Of a stretch of DNA of 64,000 nucleotides, positions 27,056-34,913 are shown in pieces. The notes under the pieces are model-generated. The model was not told the origin of the DNA. It ran no database searches and saw only the letters and a program-made list of their open reading frames with translations. This DNA is from Candidatus Harrisonbacteria bacterium (GTDB lineage: Bacteria > Patescibacteriota > Minisyncoccia > UBA6257 > 02-FULL-45-10c): NCBI GenBank assembly GCA_016214655.1, contig JACROC010000002.1:67801-131800 (forward strand), given 5' to 3'. Numbering within the stretch: the stretch's first letter is position 1; each line of letters begins with the position of its first letter. A program made the position numbers and the translations under genes.

Positions 27056-27712
27056 TCATTTTACTACACTTAAATCGCTGATTCTAACAGAATTTTCTTT
27101 AGTAAACTGTCCGACCCGAATCCGTTCTAAATCTGCCAGATACCCGCCGCAACCTAACTCTTTACCGATATCCCGAGCCAAGGAGCGGATGTAAACTCCC
27201 GGACCGGTTACTGCGCTTAATTCCAAAAACGGCCACTGGTATTTAATCAAATTGATTTTTTTTATTTCCACTTCCCTTGCCTTTAATTCCGGCGCCTTAC
27301 CCTGACGCGCCAATTTATAAGCTGATTTCCCGCTTATTTTAATGGCAGAAAATATCGGCGGAACCTGCATAATTTTTCCCTCAAACTTTTTCAAAACTTC
27401 TCCAACTTCTTCTTTTGATGGCTGCCGGATAATTTTCTTTTCTGTCTTATCGCCCTCTTCATCATCAGTACTGCTGATTACACCCAACTTGATTTCGGCC
27501 AAATATTCTTTCTCTTTTTTAACTTCACCACCCAATCTTTTAGTCGCCTCCCGGCCGATGCCAATCACCAAAACTCCGCTTGCAAGCGGATCCAAAGTAC
27601 CGGCATGTCCAATCTTTTTATCGCCGATGGTCTTCTTAATCTCCCTCAAGATATCATAAGACGTCGGGCCTTTCGGCTTATAAACCGCAAAAATTCCGGA
27701 GGTTTTTTCCAT
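27056..27712 (-). CDS. truB: tRNA pseudouridine-55 synthase
   Basis: KPKGPTS, GHAGTLDPLASGVL, QVPPIFSAIK and GVYIRSLARDIG motifs. Confidence 0.96.
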   Translation of the reverse strand: MEKTSGIFAVYKPKGPTSYDILREIKKTIGDKKIGHAGTLDPLASGVLVIGIGREATKRLGGEVKKEKEYLAEIKLGVISSTDDEEGDKTEKKIIRQPSKEEVGEVLKKFEGKIMQVPPIFSAIKISGKSAYKLARQGKAPELKAREVEIKKINLIKYQWPFLELSAVTGPGVYIRSLARDIGKELGCGGYLADLERIRVGQFTKENSVRISDLSVVK

Positions 27713-27716
27713 AAAA

Positions 27717-28901
27717 TTATATCTTGCATTTCAACATTTGCCTGGCAATTTCTCCCATCTCATCAGTATGAATCACCGCGATTTTAACTGGAGCCCTCTT
27801 TTCATGAATAAAGCCGTCGGAGCCAACTAATTTATCATTTTTTTTCTCATCCAAAGCTATCCCCAATCCCTCCAGCTCGCTGCAAATCCTGGAACGCATA
27901 ATAAAAGACCTCTCCCCAATAGTTGCCGTAAAAACTAAAAGTTCCAGCCCATTCAAGGCTGCCGAGTAAGCGCCGATATATTTTTTGATGTGATAAACAA
28001 AAGTTTCCAGAGCAATCTTTGCCTTACGGTCACCGGCTTTCTCCAATTTGATCAACTCTCGGACATCCGCAGTTTTGCCGCTCAAACCCAGCAAACCGCA
28101 TTTGGAATTAAAATAGGTTTCCAACTGCCGCAAACTCAAGCCAAGCTTCTGCGCTAAATAAATAACCGCCCCGGCATCAATATTTCCAATCCGCGTACCC
28201 ATCGGCACCCCCTCCAGAGGCGTAAACCCCATCGAGGTATCAATACTTACTCCATTTTCCACCGCCGCAATACTGGAACCGCTGCCCAAATGGCAAATTA
28301 TCATCTTGGACGGAAGCTCGCCTAGTAAACTTTTAACCTTCGGCAAAATAGACTGCATAGAAATTCCATGATAGCCGTAGCGGTACATTCCAAATCTCCG
28401 AACTACTTTTTCGGGCAAACTATAAAGTTTAGATTGAAACGGCATATTCGCATGAAAGGCACTATCCGAAACTCCCACAACCTGAACGCCGGGCAAAATC
28501 TTTTTTAACTGCCTAATTTCGGCAATAATCGGATGAATATGAAGCGGAGCTTCCTGTTCTGAAGCTTTTAATTTATTAAAATAGGTTTTATCCACTACAC
28601 AGCTGGATAAAAAATAGTCTCCGGGCGCAACCACTCGCAAACCAATCATCTCAATATCTGATTTAGCGCTGATTATCTTTTTTGCTTGCAATAATTCTAA
28701 CAAATAGCGTATGGACGCACCATACTCAGCTTGAGTAATATTTTTTTTATTCCTCTGCAAACCGGCAGTAAAAGTCACCACCAATTTACCATCCTCCTTT
28801 TCAAAGTGGGCTTTACAAACTTCTTTTCCACCGGCATATAAAGCGTATTTCTTGGACGCGCTGCCGGTATTTACAATTAAATATTTCTTGTCCATTGCCA
28901 A
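27717..28901 (-). CDS. ackA: Acetate kinase
   Basis: NTGSASKK, APLH, YGYHGIS, HLGSGSS and DTSMGFTPLEG motifs. Confidence 0.94.
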   Translation of the reverse strand: MAMDKKYLIVNTGSASKKYALYAGGKEVCKAHFEKEDGKLVVTFTAGLQRNKKNITQAEYGASIRYLLELLQAKKIISAKSDIEMIGLRVVAPGDYFLSSCVVDKTYFNKLKASEQEAPLHIHPIIAEIRQLKKILPGVQVVGVSDSAFHANMPFQSKLYSLPEKVVRRFGMYRYGYHGISMQSILPKVKSLLGELPSKMIICHLGSGSSIAAVENGVSIDTSMGFTPLEGVPMGTRIGNIDAGAVIYLAQKLGLSLRQLETYFNSKCGLLGLSGKTADVRELIKLEKAGDRKAKIALETFVYHIKKYIGAYSAALNGLELLVFTATIGERSFIMRSRICSELEGLGIALDEKKNDKLVGSDGFIHEKRAPVKIAVIHTDEMGEIARQMLKCKI

Positions 28902-31225
28902 TTTTCTATTTCCTCCGGATCAACTCCGTATTTCTTAATAAATTCGCGGTGTTCTTCTAATTTCTTGTCATACTTTTTTATAAGCTGATCAGATTTATCT
29001 TGACTGACAACTCCGGCCTTAGCCATCTTAGCGAAGACTTCTTTTGCCAGATGATAGCGGCTAGTTTCATTCCTGACTTGCATATCGAATGGCGTAGTCG
29101 TAGAACCGTTCTCAATATAGCCATGAACCGAAAACCGCCTATTGTCATTTTCTTTATCAAAAAGAATCTGTTTTAAGGTTCCCGGATAGCCGTGAAAATT
29201 GAAAATAACCGGTTTGTCGTGCGTAAAATAACTGTCAAAACTCCAAGGAACTACACATTCGCTGTTGCCGATTTCTAAAACTGAAAGTTCCATAATATTC
29301 ACAAATCGAACTTTAATTTCAGATGCTTCTTGCTTAATGATATCTATCGCGGCTAAAGCCTCTTTGCTTAAATAATCACCCACGGCAGAGATCACGATAT
29401 CCGGATCCGGATCGCTGGCAAAGTCCCAAGTCATCAAGCCATTTCCCATCTCTTTTTCAGCCAGTTCCGGCGTCAGCCATCTTGGCTCCTGAGTCTTGCC
29501 AGCCACAATAACATTGATTGCATTTCTCAAGGAAAGACATTTTTTCAATACCGCTAACGTGCTGTTGCCATCCGGCGGAAAATAAACATGCACCAGACAG
29601 CCATGCTTATGCAAAATATTACTGATAAAACCGGGATTCTGATGCGAAAAGCCATTATGTTCCTGCCGCCATCCGGAAGAGGTCAGAATGTAATTTAAAG
29701 AAGGCACATCTCCCCGCCAGGGGAATTCTCGCGCTATTTTTATAAATTTAGAATATTGATCAACCATGCTGGAAATTATCTGAATAAAAGCCTCATAAGA
29801 AGCGAATATTGCATGGCGGCCGGTCAAAACATAGCCCTGCATCATTCCCTGTAAAGAATGCTCGCTTAACATTTCCATTACCCGCCCGGACGGCTCCAAA
29901 TCCTTATCCCACTTCTCTTTCGGCAACATAAAGGCTCTGGCAGTCGTTTCAAAAACTGCATCCAATTTATTGGAATAAGTTTCGTCCGGAGACATTAAGC
30001 GGAAATTTTTATTTTCCTTATTCAATTGGAAGACTTTATTCAAATACAATCCTGCGCGGCGCATACTGCTGGAACCCATAGTGCCCGGAACAGATGCATC
30101 TTCGCTGAATTCCGAAGCTGTTGGTAAAATAAGCGGTTTCATAGCTTCTTCTCCGCCAAAAGTATGTTTATTCCGCCCCATCAGCAATTCCGGAGCCGGA
30201 ATTAATTCCCGCACCCCATCTATGAATCCAGAATCGGCATTAAAAAGTTCGTTAAAATTATAAGAACGGAACCACTTATCAATTGCCTTAAGTTCGTCCT
30301 TATTAGTCTTAGCGCCGGAAGCAATAACCTGATGCGATAAATAATTGCCCTCTATTTTTTTTCCGTTTAATTTTTTAATCCCAGTCCAGCCCTTGGGAGT
30401 TTTTAAAATAATCATCGGAAAGCGCGGCGGCAATTCAGACGAAGCTCCCTTCCGGGCCCGATCTTGGATTTCGCGGATTGACCGGTAACAATCCTCCATC
30501 ACCTGCAATGTTTTTTCGTACAAATTTTTACCGTCAACTATATGCGGTTCATAACCATAACCGATAAAGAGGGCCTTAAGTTCACGATTAGACATTCTGC
30601 CAAAAATAGTCGGGCCGGAAATTTTATATCCATTAAGGTGCAGAATCGGCAGCACTGCTCCGTTAGTTGCCGGATCAATAAATTTATTAAGATGCCAAGC
30701 CGTTGCCGTTGGTCCAGTTTCCGCCTCACCATCGCCAATAACACAGGCCGCTATCAAGTCCGGATTATCTAAAACCGCTCCGTAAGCAGTAGAAAGCGCA
30801 TAACCAAGTTCTCCGCCCTCTAAAATAACTCCCGGAGAACCTGGATTGCTATGGCTTGGAAAGCCATAAGGCCAGCTGAAATTTTTTGCCATATAACCTA
30901 TGCCATTCGCATTCTGAGTGACGTCCGGATAATATTTGCCAAGGGTACCTTCAATGAAAAGATTGGCCTGAAGCGCCGGAAAACCATGCCCCGGGCCTAA
31001 AATAAATAACATCCTAGCATTATATTTTTTTATCAAATAATTTAAATTTGCATAAACAAGGTTAATGCCGGGGCAAGTTCCCCAATGTCCCAGTAACCGC
31101 GGCTTAATATCGTCAAAAGAAAGTTTCCGCCCTAATAAAAAATTATCCTGCAGATAAATCTGAACCGCAGTCAGATAATTAGCCGCCCGGACGTATTTTT
31201 TTATAGATTCTAAGCCATGTTCCAT
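28877..31225 (-). CDS. xfp: Xylulose-5-P/fructose-6-P phosphoketolase
   Basis: KPRLLGHWGT, GPGHG, EGGELGY, GDGEAETGP, SPDET, LSEH and QEHNGFSHQNPG motifs. Confidence 0.96.
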   Translation of the reverse strand: MEHGLESIKKYVRAANYLTAVQIYLQDNFLLGRKLSFDDIKPRLLGHWGTCPGINLVYANLNYLIKKYNARMLFILGPGHGFPALQANLFIEGTLGKYYPDVTQNANGIGYMAKNFSWPYGFPSHSNPGSPGVILEGGELGYALSTAYGAVLDNPDLIAACVIGDGEAETGPTATAWHLNKFIDPATNGAVLPILHLNGYKISGPTIFGRMSNRELKALFIGYGYEPHIVDGKNLYEKTLQVMEDCYRSIREIQDRARKGASSELPPRFPMIILKTPKGWTGIKKLNGKKIEGNYLSHQVIASGAKTNKDELKAIDKWFRSYNFNELFNADSGFIDGVRELIPAPELLMGRNKHTFGGEEAMKPLILPTASEFSEDASVPGTMGSSSMRRAGLYLNKVFQLNKENKNFRLMSPDETYSNKLDAVFETTARAFMLPKEKWDKDLEPSGRVMEMLSEHSLQGMMQGYVLTGRHAIFASYEAFIQIISSMVDQYSKFIKIAREFPWRGDVPSLNYILTSSGWRQEHNGFSHQNPGFISNILHKHGCLVHVYFPPDGNSTLAVLKKCLSLRNAINVIVAGKTQEPRWLTPELAEKEMGNGLMTWDFASDPDPDIVISAVGDYLSKEALAAIDIIKQEASEIKVRFVNIMELSVLEIGNSECVVPWSFDSYFTHDKPVIFNFHGYPGTLKQILFDKENDNRRFSVHGYIENGSTTTPFDMQVRNETSRYHLAKEVFAKMAKAGVVSQDKSDQLIKKYDKKLEEHREFIKKYGVDPEEIENWQWTRNI

Positions 31226-31227
31226 AT

Positions 31228-31270
31228 GAGACCAGGATACGAATTTGAGCCAAGTTCGTATCCTGGTCTC
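31228..31270. repeat. Long hairpin immediately upstream of xfp
   Basis: GAGACCAGGATACGAA...TTCGTATCCTGGTCTC, a 16-bp perfect stem. Confidence 0.75.
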
Positions 31271-31323
31271 TTAATTATAATCCAATAATTGGATTAATAA
31301 AAATTTTAGATTACAATAACAGA

Positions 31324-32298
31324 ATGTTAATCGATGATGTTACCATTACCGTGGCTTCCGGAAACGGAGGGCGCGGAGCAGTGGCTTTTAATAAAAATAT
31401 GATGAGCTTGGGTCCGGCCGGCGGCAGCGGAGGAAATGGCGGCAGCGTTTACTGCGAGGGCGTTGTTGACCTTTCGGCATTGCGCCAATTCCGGTTTAAA
31501 AAAGATCTGGCCGCCAATAATGGAGAAAACGGCAAAGCCCAATTTAATGACGGCAAAGACGGCCAGGATCTGATCTTAAAAGTTCCGGTTGGAACGGTAA
31601 TTCATAATTTAGAAACCAGCCAAGATGCGGAAATTACCGCTATCGGCGAACGCACGCTGGTTGCCAAAGGCGGCCACGGCGGCAAAGGCAATTTTCTTTT
31701 CCGTTCGCCCCGCAACACCAGTCCGAAAAGATTTCAGGAGGGCTTACCCGGAGAGAAATTTACCCTAAGATTAGAACTCAAACTTATTGCCGACGTCGGG
31801 TTGATCGGTCTCCCGAATGCCGGGAAATCCAGCTTACTTAACGAACTGACCAGCGCTAAAAGCAAAGTTGCGAATTATCCATTCACAACCCTGGAGCCAA
31901 ATTTAGGAACTTATTATGAATTAATCCTTGCTGATCTTCCCGGACTGATTGAAGGCGCATCCGGCGGCAAAGGATTGGGAATAAAATTTCTACGCCACGT
32001 TGAAAGAACTAAAATACTGTTTCATTTAATCTCCGCCGAATCCGCCGGACCCGTAAAAGAATATAAAATAATCCGCAAAGAATTAGGCGCCTATAACAAA
32101 GAACTTCTCAAGAAAAAAGAATATCTCTTTCTCTCAAAGAGCGATGCGGTCAGTCCGGCTAATCTGAAAAAGAAACTGGCGGTTTTGAAGAAATTAAATC
32201 CATCCGTAATAGCGATTTCAATATACGATTTTAACAGTATTGAAAAAGTTAAAAAGATTCTTAACGGTATTATCAAAAATAAGTACGCGAAAAAATAA
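31324..32298 (+). CDS. obgE: GTPase Obg/CgtA
   Basis: Gly-rich Obg fold. GLPNAGKSS, NYPFTTLEPNLG and ADLPGLIEGA motifs. Confidence 0.96.
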   Translation: MLIDDVTITVASGNGGRGAVAFNKNMMSLGPAGGSGGNGGSVYCEGVVDLSALRQFRFKKDLAANNGENGKAQFNDGKDGQDLILKVPVGTVIHNLETSQDAEITAIGERTLVAKGGHGGKGNFLFRSPRNTSPKRFQEGLPGEKFTLRLELKLIADVGLIGLPNAGKSSLLNELTSAKSKVANYPFTTLEPNLGTYYELILADLPGLIEGASGGKGLGIKFLRHVERTKILFHLISAESAGPVKEYKIIRKELGAYNKELLKKKEYLFLSKSDAVSPANLKKKLAVLKKLNPSVIAISIYDFNSIEKVKKILNGIIKNKYAKK

Positions 32299-32320
32299 AA
32301 ATAAGCCTTTAGGCTTATTT

Positions 32321-33943
32321 TTAAATTATCTTTGCCTTTTTTAGCACTTGCCGGACAGAATGCGGATAATCATGAACTTTTGCCAAGGCTTTGCGCGCTT
32401 GCGCCTTGCTGATAAATCCAACCGTCACCTCCCTGGCTAAACGCGTTGTATCAGGATGAAAACCTAATAATCTTCTGGCTTTATTCTCTGCCGCCCGCGC
32501 GAATAAACAAGAATTAGAATTGGACTCAATCAAAGCCTCGCCTCTAGGTATCCGCCAGCCTAATTTTCTAAGGATTCTTCCGGTATCGGAAATCTTGCGC
32601 TGAAGAAGAAAAGGCAGATGCACGATATAAACTGCCGGTTTATTTTTAAACGGTTTTAATCTCCGGATAGCGGAAAAAATAAATTTTTGGGAGTCGCTAT
32701 TCTGGCTTAATCCTGCCCATTCGTTAATTCCTAAAATCACCGCGCGTGCGCCATACTTTAGCGCTTCGGCATAATAAGCGCGGATAATAAGCCGCCGGCA
32801 TAACTGGCAAGTTCTTACAAACGGTATGGCATGCCGGCATTTAATTGAATAATGTCTTCTGCCCTCCCCATACCACCGCCGAAACTTTTCTCTTAACTCC
32901 GGAGAGTCTTTTTCATCGTATAAGTCTGCGGTTTTTATAAAACTTAAACGATCCGCCGGACGGATATATTTTCTTACATCAATCTTTTTATAATCAGCGC
33001 CTAATTTCTTAACAACTCGCCTAGCGCGCCGAAAAATATGTTCTGGGTAATATCCGGTGTCCAGGGAAAAAGCCAGCGGAGTAAATCCTAATCTCTTAAC
33101 TTCGTAAAGGGTTGCGGTGCTGTCCTTTCCTCCGGAAACACCGACTAAAGCGTCGTATTTGCCGCGGCCGGTATTCCTGATAGAGAGCAGAAATTTTAAC
33201 TCTTTCTGAAACAGCCGAATACTGAAATTTGATTCATATTGCGCGCATACATCGCAAAGTCCAGACTTACTGATAACGGTCGAAGAATTGACACTGGAAT
33301 TCACGCATCGTTTGCATTCCGCCGCTTTTACCAGCGCCTTAATCTGCCTGGCAATCTCCTTCCTCTGGGTAACCGCAGTATTAAAAGAAAGATGGCTGAT
33401 TTTCTCCACTTCATTAGTGGAAAAAAGCCGCTGTTCAATTTCCTTTTCTTTTTCTGCCAGCTTACGGGAAAAACTTTCCCGCTTCGCCAGACGGCTGACT
33501 AACTGCCTGGCTGGCGTTTTAAGATAAACAATTAAATACCCGTGATTTTTTAAATAGACCGCGTTCCGATAACCGCGGGTACCGGATATAATTACAAACT
33601 TCTTTGAAAAATCTTTTTCGTGCAGATAAATTAAAGTTTTGGCGATTACTGCCGGGGAATACTTATTTTTTAAATAGGTAAAAAGATTTCGCGCTTCTTC
33701 TCTCTCAAGTCTCGCCATAAACGGCTTTTTATAAATCTTTTTGATCGCCCGTAAAAAAGAATTTTCACCGCGCGGCAATTTATCAGCAATAGCCGCAGCG
33801 GGCTTAATAATATAAGTGGAAGCTTCAATATATTTGGCAGCCGGAAATTCGGCTAAGAGATATTTAGCCAGCGTGGTCTTGCCGCTCCCCGGAGCGCCGA
33901 AAATAGCAATTCCTTTATAAGTAGCTAGGCTTCGGATTTTCAT
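32321..33943 (-). CDS. P-loop nucleotide-kinase domain fused to a PP-loop ATPase (N-acetyl sugar amidotransferase-like)
   Basis: GAPGSGKTT N-domain. CKRCVNS...CDVC zinc motif. YDALVGVSGGKDS PP-loop. CQLC. Confidence 0.78.
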   Translation of the reverse strand: MKIRSLATYKGIAIFGAPGSGKTTLAKYLLAEFPAAKYIEASTYIIKPAAAIADKLPRGENSFLRAIKKIYKKPFMARLEREEARNLFTYLKNKYSPAVIAKTLIYLHEKDFSKKFVIISGTRGYRNAVYLKNHGYLIVYLKTPARQLVSRLAKRESFSRKLAEKEKEIEQRLFSTNEVEKISHLSFNTAVTQRKEIARQIKALVKAAECKRCVNSSVNSSTVISKSGLCDVCAQYESNFSIRLFQKELKFLLSIRNTGRGKYDALVGVSGGKDSTATLYEVKRLGFTPLAFSLDTGYYPEHIFRRARRVVKKLGADYKKIDVRKYIRPADRLSFIKTADLYDEKDSPELREKFRRWYGEGRRHYSIKCRHAIPFVRTCQLCRRLIIRAYYAEALKYGARAVILGINEWAGLSQNSDSQKFIFSAIRRLKPFKNKPAVYIVHLPFLLQRKISDTGRILRKLGWRIPRGEALIESNSNSCLFARAAENKARRLLGFHPDTTRLAREVTVGFISKAQARKALAKVHDYPHSVRQVLKKAKII

Positions 33944-33986
33944 ATTCTGAGCATAACAAAAAGTCGCCTCATCGGCGACTCATATT

Positions 33987-34154
33987 CTATAAAATTCCTT
34001 CTTCTTTCGCTTGATCAAGTAAAAGATCGGCATGCGCCCGCTTATTCTCTAACGATATCTCGCAATGATTTGGTTCAACGCAATTCGCACCAGACTTATC
34101 AATTTTGCATTCATCGCAAACCCACGGCTTATGCTTAGTCTTCTTTTTCTTCAT
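33987..34154 (-). CDS. Small Cys-rich protein (55 aa, not in the ORF track)
   Basis: Manual translation MKKKKTKHKPWVCDECKIDKSGANCVEPNHCEISLENKRAHADLLLDQAKEEGIL. GAGGGG SD. Followed by hairpin AGTCGCC/GGCGACT. Confidence 0.6.
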   Translation of the reverse strand: MKKKKTKHKPWVCDECKIDKSGANCVEPNHCEISLENKRAHADLLLDQAKEEGIL

Positions 34155-34162
34155 CTGCCCCT

Positions 34163-34441
34163 CTACTTAGATTTCCGAACTACCACAAAATAGCCCATAT
34201 TATGTCCATAACTGCCATTACCATTGCCAGTCATAGCTGATACCTCCATCATGGGAAAATTTTTTAGAAAAGTGCTTAATGCATTAGCGAAATTTGCCTC
34301 GATACACGGAAAATAATAAACTCCGTTCCCATAATCCAATGGAGTGCATCCACTTTTCTTGATATTGTTCGGATCTTTTGCCGCATCACAAGCCGCAAGC
34401 AAAGCAACCGCCAACAACGGAAATACAGCTCGTCTGACCAT
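34163..34441 (-). CDS. Small putative lipoprotein
   Basis: MVRRAVFPLLAVALLAAC lipobox. AAGGAGG SD. Confidence 0.7.
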   Translation of the reverse strand: MVRRAVFPLLAVALLAACDAAKDPNNIKKSGCTPLDYGNGVYYFPCIEANFANALSTFLKNFPMMEVSAMTGNGNGSYGHNMGYFVVVRKSK

Positions 34442-34560
34442 TTTCCCCTCCTTTTCAACGAACGTTACGACCATAAACATAATAACATAAAAATTAAGGT
34501 GATGTCAAATTAAAAAGCGGCCTCACAAAGCGGGGCTTTATTTTTAAAATAATCTTTCAG

Positions 34561-34816
34561 CTCCGGGAGCAGGGATCGAACCTGCGACCGTCGCGTTACA
34601 CTTACCCTCTAATTACTTAAAGGCGTGGACTATATCTTTACCTCATTAAGGTATCTCGGTATCTAGTCTCTACGGAGCCCTCGATTTTACGAGGTTCCCA
34701 CGGTATTATCCGCCAGCTGACGGACTTCACCGTTATCCCGAGAAGTTTCAACCTAAGTCGCCTTAGGAAGCTGCGTCATTTCACAGCGCGCCGCTCTACC
34801 GCTGAGCTATCCCGGA
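34561..34816 (-). tRNA. tRNA-Asn(GUU), split by an intron (exon 1 34816-34783, exon 2 34598-34561)
   Basis: Joined exons TCCGGGATAGCTCAGCGGTAGAGCGGCGCGCTGT^TAACGCGACGGTCGCAGGTTCGATCCCTGCTCCCGGAG fold into a cloverleaf with anticodon GTT. CCA is not encoded. Confidence 0.92.
34599..34782 (-). ncRNA. Group I self-splicing intron (184 nt, no ORF)
   Basis: Exon ends in U paired to G in P1 (GCUGU/GCAGC). Intron ends in G. R element CCGUAGAGACUAG and S element AAGAUAUAGUCC are present. Confidence 0.92.
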
Positions 34817-34913
34817 GCTCAAAGATTATTATTTTTAATACAAAGAACTATTCTACAATATAAGATAATATAACAAATATCCAGAAAAAAATAAACTCCT
34901 CAGTTAATCGATT

